From Paramoeba atlantica (lineage: Eukaryota > Protista > Discosea), in assembly GCA_977017575.1 (NCBI GenBank), contig CDRNVI010000019.1, forward strand, positions 248,001 to 312,000: 64,000 bases of DNA, written 5' to 3'. Position 1 is the stretch's first letter. Each line of letters opens with the position of its first letter. The notes under the pieces are model-generated. The model searched no databases and had not been told where the DNA came from. It saw only the letters and a program-made list of their open reading frames with translations. The translations under genes and the position numbers were made by a program. Positions 10,889 through 21,839 of this stretch are shown here, piece by piece.

Positions 10889-11434
10889 TCAAGGTGCTGG
10901 GAGAGATTTAAACTCCTCTTGAAGCTGCTTCATACGCTGATCGTGCTCCTGTTCTAGCTGCTCCTTCTCCTTCTCATCGGCATTTTGTAGAAGCTGTTGG
11001 TACATGTCAAGAGCCGCCTTGGTAACTTTCTCTGCATCTTCGTAATCATCAGCATAATACGTCGTTCCAGAACTCTCCCGGGAATCCTCGATCGCGGCTC
11101 TGGCCTCTTCGAAGGCAGCGTTCAGACTACGAATATCTGTAAAAAATTTATCGTGGTTTCCGTTCGAATAATCACGTCTGGTTACCATCGTAAGCGCACA
11201 TCTTTGCAGTTGGCATGAACGCATGTTTCCCAATGACCGAGAGACTGCACTGCGGGAATAAAAACGACAGTTCGAATTGAAGTCCATGTCATTTTTCCTT
11301 AAACATTGACCTCTTACGCTTGAAAACGTTTCTGTGAGTGTAGCAACCGTAACAGCTGATAAGTGAGATGTGTTCCGGGCGGTTGTCAAGCTCGCGAGCG
11401 AGCGACCAAGGTAAATTTTATGGGTTAGCGACAT
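10889..11434 (-). CDS. Conserved uncharacterised protein, probably mitochondrial, with a helical C-terminal domain
   Basis: Arg/Ser-rich presequence-like N-terminus. The C-terminal LNAAFEEARAAIEDSRES..TTYYADD...MKQLQEEF resembles a family I recall as plant 'embryogenesis-like protein'. Confidence 0.65.
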   Translation of the reverse strand: MSLTHKIYLGRSLASLTTARNTSHLSAVTVATLTETFSSVRGQCLRKNDMDFNSNCRFYSRSAVSRSLGNMRSCQLQRCALTMVTRRDYSNGNHDKFFTDIRSLNAAFEEARAAIEDSRESSGTTYYADDYEDAEKVTKAALDMYQQLLQNADEKEKEQLEQEHDQRMKQLQEEFKSLPAP

Positions 11435-11894
11435 GCAAGAAAGTAAAGAGCAAAAAAAATAATTACGGTTATACTAAGACACTTAATAGATTCATAAGGA
11501 GGAAATAGTTATAGTGTAACACATTCTGCTATGGCACACCGCCTTTGTTGCACTCTGTTTTAGTATCACTTTTTAAAAAGTATTGTGATCCATCACTCAA
11601 ATAATATATCATAATATGCGCTCATCTGAACTTATAGTATTCCTTACTTTTTGCAGCAGAATTCGAGCAATCTTTCTTTATGAGAAAAATCAAGCCTTGT
11701 CCTCATAAGTTTCAAATATAAAATCGTCATATTTCGAACCGTCTACCGATTTTCAAGCCGCCCAAAACAAAACAATTTTTATACTTTTCCAGTCATCCAT
11801 TACGTATCAAACCTATTTTTTATGTCTTTAAATTTAAACCTTCAAATCAAAACCTTCTCCCCCCCCCACCCTGACCCCCCACCCCCTCTCCCTC

Positions 11895-13415
11895 TCACGA
11901 CCGCCCGTGGCCGTACGGCCCCGACATCGTCCCAAACGCACCATACCCCGGGTACACCCCCCCGGGCATCGGCACACCCACCCCATACGGCTGCGCCGGG
12001 TTCGCGGGCCCCCCCCCCGCGCCCTCCTGGGGGGGCTGCAACGGGGGGCCGTACCCCCCCGCCCCGACCCCGTACCCCCCCGCGAGCCCCGCGCTGGGCT
12101 CCGTGCCGTAGGGGTAGTACCCGAACCCCGGGGGGTAGCGCCCGGAGGGGGGCTCGGGGGCGACGACGTGGTGGGGGTACCCGGGCTGCCCGGGGTAGGG
12201 GCTGAGGGGTCCCGGACGGGCCCCGGTGGGGAGCACGCCGCTGCCGGGGTAGGGCACGTTCAACGGGGAGGGGGAAGCGGCGGTGGCTGGGGGGGTGCCG
12301 CCTAGGGGAGCGGGGTAGCCGCGGGGTGCGAGAGCTGAGGGGTAGGCGGGGGTGCCGGGATGGAGGGAGGAGGGGGGGAGGGTGACGTAGCGGGGGGAGG
12401 CGGGGGTGGCGGAGGGGGGGACGACGCCGGGGAGGGGGTAGCCCGGTACCCGGGGAGAGGCGGAGGTGGGGGAGGAGGAGGAGGGGTAGGCGGAGGAGGG
12501 AGCGTAGGGCATGGGGAGGGCGCCACGGTGGGGGTGGGGGACTGCCGCGGTGTTCCACACCCCCGGGTGGTGGGTTGAGGGGGTGGGAGCGGGAGCGGAG
12601 GCTGTGAGGGTGTCGGAGGATAGGGCGGCGTAGCTACGTGGGGGGACGTACTTCCCTCGGGCGCTGTCGGTGGTGGATGCGGGGATGGGCTGCGGGGTGG
12701 GGTGAGATGGCACTTCGTCCTTAGCGAGAACGGGAGGAGCGGTGTAGGGTGGGTTTACGTGATCGCGGGTCGCGGTTTCTGCATCCGTTTTGAGGTCCGG
12801 TGTTCCAAGGGGCGAGGTTGTGTGGAAATCTTGCGAGAAAGTCGTCAAGGGGGCCGTGACGGCGTCCGGGGCAAAAGCCGCGGTGATGCGTTCCGAGTGC
12901 GTTTCCTCACTTTGGAGAGGAATGGCTGTCTCCATGAAAGTACCGAAGCTGTACGTTCCAGAGACCTGACGCTCCACTAAGGGTTCTAAGACCAACGGGG
13001 AAATTTGATGGCTGTAAGCAACGTGTCTGGGTAACGGGGAGGGTACAATTTGGATCGTGCTTTCTTCAGCCGATTCGACGCGCCGTTCTACTGCGTCTTT
13101 TCCTTGAGCTTCCTGCAATACATCAGTTTTTGCGATATGCTCCACGATTGGTATGGTTTTCAGTGCGGGGACACTGACTTGCGATGCAGTTGGGGGACGT
13201 ACGGCTTTTTCATCCTGTGCAGGACCTTTGGGTGGCGAGGACGACTTGATTGTAGTGTTGTCTTGAATTTTACTCGTCGGAGCTGATTCAGTAGAAGCCG
13301 TTTTCACTATTGAACATTTCGCGCGGACACGTTCCGAAAATGACATGCCATCTTGGACCCTAGAAAAAGAACCACCCCAAGCTCCAAAAGCTTTAGTAGT
13401 TGCAGTTGGCGTCAT
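11895..13415 (-). CDS. Low-complexity Pro/Tyr/Gly-rich protein (506 aa)
   Basis: Longest ORF in the region and on the cluster strand. Ser/Thr-rich N-half, C-half of PxY/GY repeats. The overlapping ORFs are GC shadows. Confidence 0.7.
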   Translation of the reverse strand: MTPTATTKAFGAWGGSFSRVQDGMSFSERVRAKCSIVKTASTESAPTSKIQDNTTIKSSSPPKGPAQDEKAVRPPTASQVSVPALKTIPIVEHIAKTDVLQEAQGKDAVERRVESAEESTIQIVPSPLPRHVAYSHQISPLVLEPLVERQVSGTYSFGTFMETAIPLQSEETHSERITAAFAPDAVTAPLTTFSQDFHTTSPLGTPDLKTDAETATRDHVNPPYTAPPVLAKDEVPSHPTPQPIPASTTDSARGKYVPPRSYAALSSDTLTASAPAPTPSTHHPGVWNTAAVPHPHRGALPMPYAPSSAYPSSSSPTSASPRVPGYPLPGVVPPSATPASPRYVTLPPSSLHPGTPAYPSALAPRGYPAPLGGTPPATAASPSPLNVPYPGSGVLPTGARPGPLSPYPGQPGYPHHVVAPEPPSGRYPPGFGYYPYGTEPSAGLAGGYGVGAGGYGPPLQPPQEGAGGGPANPAQPYGVGVPMPGGVYPGYGAFGTMSGPYGHGRS

Positions 13416-13872
13416 GGCAGTTTGTTGGCCAAGCGCAGAGGGTGGTAAGCTAATTCTGGAACACTTTTGGTAACAGAAAATACAAAATAAACTCTTCAGC
13501 TAGATAATAGAGTGGAGTAAACTGCTCGTCAATGCTAGTAATAAATATTTAGCTGAGCGTAAATTATTTTACTGTTGAACCTATTCAATACAGCGCTGTG
13601 CAACGTGGCGCACATCTCGAAAAAACGTCTTTCTAAAAAAGCTTTTTTTATAATAGTTATCATAAAGTGTACTCTACAATTGTGAGCCATCATAATTGTT
13701 GAGCCCAACCGTAACTTTTATCTATTTGATCTTTCGATATTTAAGGATTGGATTCCCTAGAATAGATTACTTTTTCATGCTATACTGCATATTTAAGGTT
13801 CTGGTAAAATATTTTCGGACGCTCATTGAACTATTGATGGTGAAGCTGGGGCACTTTCGTTTTACAGTAAGG

Positions 13873-14931
13873 CTACTGTTGTTTGCATTCCTTTTCGGGA
13901 GCTCCCTCTTTGTCGTTTGAAGTATCTTTACTCGGATCGAATTTCGGTAGGCTTGCTGCATCATCAGGCCGAAAAATGACAGTGCCATCATCAGTGAACT
14001 GGCATCGGCGCCCAGTAAAGTAATCTACCGCATGCGGTATAATGTTGTTTTTGATTTCGCTACCAAGATCATAATCGTAATCAATTTCTGTTTCAAGTTG
14101 CTCGTATTCATCGTCTGAAATGTCTTCATCGCTGTCGATCATATTATCTTCTTGAGGTATGCGTGGCGGGTCAAAAAAGTTGAAAAAGGAATCGCACTTT
14201 TCTTCTTTTTCAACAACACGCGTCGTTTTCTTCGTCTTGTGTCTCTGCGTTTTCTTCTTTATTTGGACAGTGAGATTAGTAGAGCGATCAAGCCAGTCGA
14301 TCTTTGTTCCTTTAGAGTTCGAAAGCACGCTCTCTCCATCTTCCAATTCCTTGTAATACGTCTTTGTTAACTTAACATTCTTAAAAAAAGGATTTGGCCG
14401 AAAGCCAAAATGCAGCTCGAAACCCTTTTCCGGGTTTTTCTCCAGGTAACAAACTGAAATATTTTCTAAATATTCCAATGCTGGTTTATCTTTGTCTTGA
14501 ATATACTCGCGTAGCACATCACTTGATATCAGAGCATTGATCCAAAAATTAGGGATCCCCTTCGCAACGCTAGTATCCTCTTGCGCGGTATTTTCTTCGA
14601 CGGATTCATCAACTTCTAACAAAGCCTTTCCGTGGAGGATTAGATCATCTGAAGGTTTCTCGTCACCCATGACAATGCGCCCTCGTTCTTCGTATGGTGC
14701 ACGACAACATTCATCACATTTCATCTCAATTTCTCGTATTTTTGTATTGTATTCGCTCCGGAGATCCTGTATAGCTTTGTAGTTAGCTTTTAATGCATAG
14801 ACAGTCCGCCGTTGAGGTATCGTCAATTGAGTGAGAATAGTCATTGTGTCTTCCCCTTCGCTCATCATTTCATCCATCTCATCGTACTCTTCAGAGCTGC
14901 TGCTGGTCTCCTCTCTAATTCGCATCGGCAT
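13873..14931 (-). CDS. NAP1: Nucleosome assembly protein (NAP1 family)
   Basis: GIPNFWINAL, FELHFGFRPNPFFKNVKLTKTY, GTKIDW, CDSFFNFFDPP, IIPHAVDYFTG. Confidence 0.95.
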   Translation of the reverse strand: MPMRIREETSSSSEEYDEMDEMMSEGEDTMTILTQLTIPQRRTVYALKANYKAIQDLRSEYNTKIREIEMKCDECCRAPYEERGRIVMGDEKPSDDLILHGKALLEVDESVEENTAQEDTSVAKGIPNFWINALISSDVLREYIQDKDKPALEYLENISVCYLEKNPEKGFELHFGFRPNPFFKNVKLTKTYYKELEDGESVLSNSKGTKIDWLDRSTNLTVQIKKKTQRHKTKKTTRVVEKEEKCDSFFNFFDPPRIPQEDNMIDSDEDISDDEYEQLETEIDYDYDLGSEIKNNIIPHAVDYFTGRRCQFTDDGTVIFRPDDAASLPKFDPSKDTSNDKEGAPEKECKQQ

Positions 14932-15260
14932 GGCGTTGATGTTAGGATGATACTATATATATATTGCTAAATCGAAAATTTTAATCCTACTGCAGCATAA
15001 ATGAGGTTTCCATGAATGTGCACAAGCTTGCGCATGTACAGTACGCTAAAAAGAAAAACGAATTTGAAACAAGTGTCGAACTTCACCTAAATCGTTTGTA
15101 TATAAAATTTCTGATAAAACACCTTTGAAAGCACAAATTGCAACTACCCCAGAGATAACCGCATTTAATATCTGAAACTCCTTTACTTAAAGATTTCAAT
15201 GTCATGGAAAAACGTCAAGAAATTTGCTGAATTTGTTACTTGTTAAGACCGAACCAGTTA

Positions 15261-16877
15261 TTACTGGGAAGCGCCGCGGCGACCTGCCTTCATAATCTCA
15301 TCGACTAACAAAAGCTGCGAAGTTATTACCGCAGCTGCGTTTACGAGTGCTCCTTTCACCGCAACATTGTCCCATATTCCTGCTTCCGTTGGATTAATAA
15401 TGTTCCCACTGTTTACGTCCAACCCCACATACGTACGCTTCTCATTGGTTTCGAAGTCTCTAGCGTGCGCACTTTGCAATTCTATGAGGCTACCTTGGGC
15501 ATCCAGCCCACTATTCTCTGCCAAAACCTTGGGAATAACTAAAAGGGCATCTGCAAAGGCACGTACACCAATCTTCTTCTTCCCATGCACGTTATCTGCT
15601 AGCTTCGTTAAGTGATGGTGACATGCAATTTCGAATGCCCCTGCTCCCGGAATGAGCGATTCGTCTTCAAGAGTATTCTTTAAACTCCGCAGACCGTCGC
15701 GAAGTGCATCCTTGACCTGTTCAATCGTATGATTGTTCGGACCCTTCACTAGCAATGTGCCGGAGCGACATGACCGGACATCTTCCACGAATGTGTACTT
15801 TTCCTCGCCAAGAGTTTGCTCATGCACAAGCCCTGCGTAGCCCAAGACATCGGTAGTAAGGTTATCAAGTCCGCTAATTGCTTCACCACCGCAGGCTCGC
15901 ACGAGTCGCTCCATGTTACGCCTCTTTGCCCGGCGCAATGCCAGAATATTTTCCCCTGCCAACATGTCGAGCGAAGGTGGATCAATGCCTTTCTGGTTAA
16001 TTACAACCAAGTTTTTACCACACTTTCGTTTTAAGTCAATAATTTGCTGAACTCTGTCATCAACAACCTTGCGCTCCGCTTTAGCCAGTGTTTCCTTCTT
16101 TAAAGGATCATCGTAATAGAAGTTCGCTCCCAGCTCAGAATTTTCATACTCAAGAGATACGTTACATATTAAAATGTAAGTGTCCTCTACGCGCTTGGGC
16201 ATGGCTTCGTGGCGGGCTCCGTGATCCAGCACAAGTCCATGAATAAAAGACGTGTCCGTGGCCATTCGATGCTTCATGTGCATAATTTCAATCATATTCA
16301 AATCAATTTCACCGTCCTCTTCCCTGATTGTCTCTACCGCATCGACCAATGCAACCGAGAGCTGTTGCGCAAATGCTTTACCGATTTTGGTACCAAGAGA
16401 GGTAAGCGCCACGTGGTGCATGATTTCTCTAGTCTTCGATGATTCCTTTAGAGAAACCTCAACACTAAACTCCTTTATAAATTCTGTGGCAGCCTGTCGG
16501 GCAATGTCAATGCCTTCAGTAAGGATTCTGGGGTGCATCCCTTCCTGGAGGAATCTTTCGCATTGTCGGAGAAGTTCACCGATTAGAAGCACTGTACTTG
16601 TAGTCCCATCCCCCGTAATGTCGTCATTCGCAGTTGCTGCACGCGCAATCATAATGGCGGTTGGATGTTGGATTTGCATCTCGGTCAGGAGAACATTTCC
16701 GTCCTTCGTAAGCTTTATTTGACCAGCTCCTCCGACCAGCATTTTGAGAGTTCCCTTCGGCCCGAGGTTGCTCTTTAATACTTCATACAGTCCTCGAGCC
16801 GCAGATAAGTTGATTGCTAGGGCAGAAGCCTTGTTTGCGGCGACCCCACCTTGATTTAAATATGACAAGCTTTGCAT
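15261..16877 (-). CDS. CCT6: Chaperonin CCT/TRiC subunit zeta
   Basis: AINLSAARGLYEVLKSNLGPKGTLKMLVGGAGQIKLTKDG, GDGTTS, LVLDHGARH, QKGIDPPSLD, RRAKRRNMERL. Confidence 0.97.
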   Translation of the reverse strand: MQSLSYLNQGGVAANKASALAINLSAARGLYEVLKSNLGPKGTLKMLVGGAGQIKLTKDGNVLLTEMQIQHPTAIMIARAATANDDITGDGTTSTVLLIGELLRQCERFLQEGMHPRILTEGIDIARQAATEFIKEFSVEVSLKESSKTREIMHHVALTSLGTKIGKAFAQQLSVALVDAVETIREEDGEIDLNMIEIMHMKHRMATDTSFIHGLVLDHGARHEAMPKRVEDTYILICNVSLEYENSELGANFYYDDPLKKETLAKAERKVVDDRVQQIIDLKRKCGKNLVVINQKGIDPPSLDMLAGENILALRRAKRRNMERLVRACGGEAISGLDNLTTDVLGYAGLVHEQTLGEEKYTFVEDVRSCRSGTLLVKGPNNHTIEQVKDALRDGLRSLKNTLEDESLIPGAGAFEIACHHHLTKLADNVHGKKKIGVRAFADALLVIPKVLAENSGLDAQGSLIELQSAHARDFETNEKRTYVGLDVNSGNIINPTEAGIWDNVAVKGALVNAAAVITSQLLLVDEIMKAGRRGASQ

Positions 16878-17028
16878 TTAATAAATTTACAATAGTAGGA
16901 AATGATACATGCAAAAAGTGATGAAACGATAGTTAAAAGTGACACAGAGAATGATAAACGCTAGAAACTACATACTACATAGACGTAATACACGTAGACT
17001 GTAAAAACATGATAATAACAAACATGGG

Positions 17029-17493
17029 TCAGACGCTTTCCGACTTCTCGTTGAACACATGAAATAGATCATGTAAATCTTGGTCATTTAAAGGAGCATG
17101 CCTAACTTTCTCCAATAAATGAAGTATTCGAACTAACCACCTTTGTCGTATTACAAAGTCTCTATCTTCATTACGTCGATGTTCTTCTTGCCGTTGCGCA
17201 TAGGGTTTGAGAAAATAATTTATTTCGTAATGAAGTCTCAAGTTGTAAAGAGTCAGTGCTGTAAAAGCCGCAATCCACAAAATAAATCTAAACTTCGTAT
17301 ATCGGCGTTGGTACTCTATGTCTACCTCACGTAGCAAATAAGGTGCAAGTTGTGGGTCTCGTCGGGCAAACACGTCTAGCTGACGACCGATAACGCCTTC
17401 CTTCGTAGATGTATTAAGAAACGGGCGTCGGGCAGCACTCAGTACTGCGACGCTGCCTATTCGCCAAGGCAGTATACTTTTCCGAACAATCAT
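17029..17493 (-). CDS. Small single-TM protein, probably mitochondrial
   Basis: Basic presequence-like N-terminus and one hydrophobic helix (FRFILWIAAFTALTLYNL). No family recognised. Confidence 0.65.
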   Translation of the reverse strand: MIVRKSILPWRIGSVAVLSAARRPFLNTSTKEGVIGRQLDVFARRDPQLAPYLLREVDIEYQRRYTKFRFILWIAAFTALTLYNLRLHYEINYFLKPYAQRQEEHRRNEDRDFVIRQRWLVRILHLLEKVRHAPLNDQDLHDLFHVFNEKSESV

Positions 17494-17793
17494 GCAAGCG
17501 CCATGGAAACTTGAATATCTAAAGTGTTCTAATTTTGATGAAATGTAGGCAGAAATGTGTTACACGTAAAAAAATGGTAGAATTGTGTAGGTAATTTTTT
17601 CTTCGTATGTCAAAGAAGTTACATAATTTGATGAACAATAAGAGGTATGGGAGTGACGTGTACAGCATTGATAAAGTGTGATCTAAAGCCGGCGATCTAG
17701 TCATTTACCGAACCATCTGCACTATATTCAGGCTTATTCTCAATGTAAGAGTTCCGAATTCGTGATCTTTCTTGCAAGGTCTCGTATTGCGCC

Positions 17794-17943
17794 CTAGTGC
17801 CTTCTGTGTTTCCTATTTTCTCGATGAATTAACTCATTCCGCACAATGTGAAAAACAGCTGTGAGCGTAATCCCGGCGAATACAAGATCTCTTCCTCGTG
17901 ACTGAATGAAGTTTTGCAGTCGATTCCTAACTTGCTGAAACAT
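17794..17943 (-). CDS. Candidate 49-aa micro-ORF below the ORF-track cutoff
   Basis: Manual translation: MFQQVRNRLQNFIQSRGRDLVFAGITLTAVFHIVRNELIHRENRKHRRH*. It lies on the cluster strand in an 850-bp gap. Confidence 0.35.
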   Translation of the reverse strand: MFQQVRNRLQNFIQSRGRDLVFAGITLTAVFHIVRNELIHRENRKHRRH

Positions 17944-18342
17944 GAAAATATGCCAAAAAAGATGAAAAACTAGTTTGAGTGTCAGGATATTGGAGATTTT
18001 TTGAAGATTTGCGCCTTCATGAACGCCGGTCTATATGTGTACCTTGTACTAGATTGTGTAATGTGTGAATAATAAAATAAACTTTCTGTATCACCACTAC
18101 GTTTAGGACTTTAGAAGTATGTTTGATTACATTGTTTGTTCAGACAAATCACCGGAGCCTGCGCAGAGAGTATGCTACTTCAAAATGGTTGTCCGATTTG
18201 TCTGGAAAGAGGAAACCTGTACTGTACTCTTTAGAATTTTTGATATTCACAGATGTATGGTACGATGTACAATGTATGTATAAAACAACTACACCTATAT
18301 CTAGCACACATTCAGCATGACAAAGACAAGAACCTTTCATTT

Positions 18343-19524
18343 TCAAAGCACCTTATCACTGGTGACCCCTTGCTCGTTGTTCTGAACCCCACCGTAGTCG
18401 ACGTAAAACCACGTCTTCGGGGTGTGACTCGTTACCTTACCGTATTTATCCAACTGTCCAGCGGCAATCAGCTTTCGCTTCTCCAGCGCCTGAGGCCCGA
18501 GACCCCAGCGTCGGGGATACACATTGCGATCCATAATCACTCGTTTCAACACGGCAACAATCCCATACTCCGCGGACGCCACTTGCGAGGCAGTCATTTG
18601 CGCTATCCCCAAAGCAACTGCCTCTCCTTTTGACGTCAACAGCACGATCACCTGGGAGACATCAATCCCGTTGTCATAGCGCAACACGCCCTGGACCATC
18701 AGCTTAGCGCCGTAGCACAGCGCGTTAACTGTCGTGTCCTTCACCACGACCCGTTTATGCCCCGTAAGTATGGACTCGCACGGGGAGATCACCTGCCGCA
18801 GGTACCACTCCTCGGCCTTCGTGTGGTACAGCCAGGCAGCGTCCATCACGTCATGCATTGTCACCAGATTGTCCTGCTCCGTTACGCTGCCGGTCCGGGA
18901 GCGCCGCAGCTCCTCCATGTGGGCCCCCACCCCGAGCAGCAGGCCGAGATGGACACACAGCGTCCGCACGTACGTCCCCGCCTCGCAGTCCACACGAAAG
19001 ATGGCAAGATTTCGCTTCTTGTCGTACTCAATAAGTTGATTTTCGTATATCGTTCGGATACGAAGTTGCCTTTTCACGGCGGACTGTACGGGAGGGCGTT
19101 GGAAAAGTGCCCCGGTGAGTGTGTCGAGGGCGTGGAGCAGCGATCGTTTCCCACCGGGCAGGGCTCCGTGAAGTTTGAGTACAGCCATGTATTCTTTGCC
19201 CGCATTTTGTTGCGACTTCACTAAACGAGTGGCGCGATTCAAACACACAATCAGATTTCCTGTAACTTTGGGATCCAGTGTGCCACTGTGTCCCGTTTTT
19301 TCACACCGCAGGATGCGTTTAATCCAACTCACGACCTCATGGCTGCTGGGGTTGGAAGGTTTGTCGAGGTTTAGCATGCCGTAGTTGATGTACTCGCGGA
19401 TAGGACGTGTTTCTGGGGTCCAGCCTGCTTCAATGGCGACGAAATTTCTAGCTTTCACATTCATCGACTCATAATCGTACAAGAGGCGGGAGGAAAATTT
19501 CAACTCCTCAGGCGTGTCAGACAT
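18343..19524 (-). CDS. CBF5: H/ACA snoRNP pseudouridine synthase Cbf5/dyskerin
   Basis: [33 protein letters not shown] (catalytic Asp), [20 protein letters not shown] domain, [14 protein letters not shown]. Confidence 0.97.
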   Translation of the reverse strand: MSDTPEELKFSSRLLYDYESMNVKARNFVAIEAGWTPETRPIREYINYGMLNLDKPSNPSSHEVVSWIKRILRCEKTGHSGTLDPKVTGNLIVCLNRATRLVKSQQNAGKEYMAVLKLHGALPGGKRSLLHALDTLTGALFQRPPVQSAVKRQLRIRTIYENQLIEYDKKRNLAIFRVDCEAGTYVRTLCVHLGLLLGVGAHMEELRRSRTGSVTEQDNLVTMHDVMDAAWLYHTKAEEWYLRQVISPCESILTGHKRVVVKDTTVNALCYGAKLMVQGVLRYDNGIDVSQVIVLLTSKGEAVALGIAQMTASQVASAEYGIVAVLKRVIMDRNVYPRRWGLGPQALEKRKLIAAGQLDKYGKVTSHTPKTWFYVDYGGVQNNEQGVTSDKVL

Positions 19525-19679
19525 TTTTAGAAGAACAGTATGTCTTATCTCTAGTCAGTAGCTTACTGATCGAAATATTTACTAAACCTGGGACGACGAT
19601 GTCAGAAAAGATTATTGTTGCATGTTGATAACCAATAACATTGTTTACAAGTTTAATGACAAGAGGATACCTTTCGTCT

Positions 19680-21527
19680 TCATTTTAGTTTATTAGAATT
19701 TAGACCATGCGTAATTCTCTTAGTCCATTTAAGGTGTCGTTTAGATGCGTCTTTGCAAAATTTCGACTCGGAACGTAAACTGGACGAAAGCAAGACATCC
19801 GCATCTTGCAATTTCTCGCGTAATTTTTGAAGCTTTTGAATATCCGACTGAATATCTTCCATGTATTTGCGCAATCCTGAAATAGAATTATTCTTCAAAC
19901 GTTCGCGTACATCAAAATTCTTTACTTTAGACTCAAATTTCTCAAGCATTGAAAGAATATCTTGTCTCTTTCGCTCTACACTATTTTGCTTGAGTGCTGT
20001 TTCGTCCAAGTCGGAAGATAATAGTTGCTGCAGCTTCTGTAATCGACCGTTCTCTTCTTCAACGCGTGATGATATAGAGTTGATATGATTCTGAACTTTT
20101 TCGCATTTAGCAAGATAATTCCTCTTCTGCTTACGTTCAAACTTTATCTGATCTAGTAATTTCGAAGTACGGCTCAATGCATCAGATTCTGTAGTCGAAC
20201 AATCATGTTTTACAGAATTAAAAGTCTTTCTTAGGTATTCGTTGTTATGCCGACGCTCACGAATTGCGTTTTCTAGATCATGAAGCTTTAATCCAACGAA
20301 CTCATTCTCTTTTTCAAAGCTTTTACTTGCCTCATCCTTCGCACCACTTTCCAGTATTAGTTGTTCGTAAACACGCTTTTCTTCTTTCTCTGCAAGTAAG
20401 TATTCAAGCAAAGCTTCTTCACTGACAGCCTGGCGTGACTCTACAGTGCGTGCAAGGTTTAAGGCCTCGTCCTTGTGAACTTCATGAAACAAATAAAGCT
20501 CCTTCTTTAGCTCTTTAGTATCGCGCTGAAGCAAAGCGATCTCCAGGTTTAGATCTGTTGTTATGAATCCTGTAACAGGGGTAGCTCGTGCCAAATTCGT
20601 CGCGCATAAGACACGGTACACATTCTCCTCGTTTCCTGTAGCGTTTACTTTTATATGAAGAAATGTGTCAGAACCATAAAGAGAACCTGAAGAATCCGTA
20701 TTTGTGTAACTCGATTTTAGGTACTTGGTAACGCCGCGCCTCCGAAAAGGGAGCCGAAGCCGATGACAATATATGGCAGTAAGAAGAGCGAAAACAGATG
20801 AAAGTGATTGTTCGGCTCTATGGTACTTGTAGCTATCTTGTATGTTGAGTCCACATAGTGGAGGACGTGCACGCATCCCTAGAATAATTACGTCCATCTT
20901 GATATTTCTACGGTCAGGAGTAAACAGTTGACACTCTATCGCAAAGTCAATGCAGTCCTTTCTTCCACGAGAGTCTGCGGACTCTGTTGTCGAAATTACA
21001 TGTTCAGTACGTTCACCAATTTCTTTGATGAGCTCATCAGCTACTTCGTCGATGTCCATACTTGAACGAACCGTAAGAACTCCTGAAGATGCTCTTCTAA
21101 AGTATGGAATCTCGTGGAGCCGTTCGTCACTGGAAGATGGAATAATGTAATGCTCGTTTTCCTCCCTATCGTACCCTGTACAGGTCAATTCCAAACGATA
21201 ATTTTGTCCGTCTAAAACCTTTGAAAAAGCATCTCGCAACAGAGCACAGAAAGTATTCTTTGTTATCTTTTCTTCATCGCTATGCATGAAAACAACTGCG
21301 TTTCTTCCACGGGATAGAGCATGCTCTATACTGGATGTAAAGTCTCTGAGCTTTGAACTCTGTGCACCACTTGAAACACTGTTAGAAGGGAAAAAAGCCC
21401 TCGTGCGTAGCTCATCACGACCTGTGAATGCAACTCCACCCTCTACTTCCTCCACGAAGAGATCTGCTGCAGACGTGGGGAGATGTTCAATTTGTACATG
21501 AGTATGTAACATTAAGGTAGTTAACAA
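19680..21527 (-). CDS. Degenerate kinesin-like motor domain plus coiled-coil stalk
   Basis: AEQSLSSVFALLTAI resembles INKSLSALGNVISAL. LPFRRRGVTKYLKSSY resembles IPYRDSKLTRLLQDSL. GRNAVVF precedes an absent P-loop. A long heptad C-terminus follows. Confidence 0.6.
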   Translation of the reverse strand: MLTTLMLHTHVQIEHLPTSAADLFVEEVEGGVAFTGRDELRTRAFFPSNSVSSGAQSSKLRDFTSSIEHALSRGRNAVVFMHSDEEKITKNTFCALLRDAFSKVLDGQNYRLELTCTGYDREENEHYIIPSSSDERLHEIPYFRRASSGVLTVRSSMDIDEVADELIKEIGERTEHVISTTESADSRGRKDCIDFAIECQLFTPDRRNIKMDVIILGMRARPPLCGLNIQDSYKYHRAEQSLSSVFALLTAIYCHRLRLPFRRRGVTKYLKSSYTNTDSSGSLYGSDTFLHIKVNATGNEENVYRVLCATNLARATPVTGFITTDLNLEIALLQRDTKELKKELYLFHEVHKDEALNLARTVESRQAVSEEALLEYLLAEKEEKRVYEQLILESGAKDEASKSFEKENEFVGLKLHDLENAIRERRHNNEYLRKTFNSVKHDCSTTESDALSRTSKLLDQIKFERKQKRNYLAKCEKVQNHINSISSRVEEENGRLQKLQQLLSSDLDETALKQNSVERKRQDILSMLEKFESKVKNFDVRERLKNNSISGLRKYMEDIQSDIQKLQKLREKLQDADVLLSSSLRSESKFCKDASKRHLKWTKRITHGLNSNKLK

Positions 21528-21839
21528 ATTCTTTGGTGACTTTTTGTACTTTTGAAAACTACTGTAGATGTCTTTGGGAAATGTTCTCGCAAACCTACTT
21601 CAATAATTAAATACTTGGTCTCTCGCATAAACAATTTTCGGAGGAACATTAAGCAGTGCAGTAGTTGTGCTACACTGTTGTCAAGCATTCTGGTGAGTTA
21701 TTTATCTAATTCCGGAGTGTTTGTCCGTATGTCAAGCAGCACGTAGTTTCTGCCGAAACTCGCTTAGCTAAAGCGTACGAACGCGTACGGTAAAATATTC
21801 CTCTATTTTTGTAGCATTACATTCCACAAACGCTTTTCA

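Noticed and set aside
3360-12980. Numerous overlapping Pro/Arg/Gly-rich ORFs on both strands
   Set aside because: These are shadow frames caused by stop-codon scarcity in GC-rich islands, overlapping well-supported genes.
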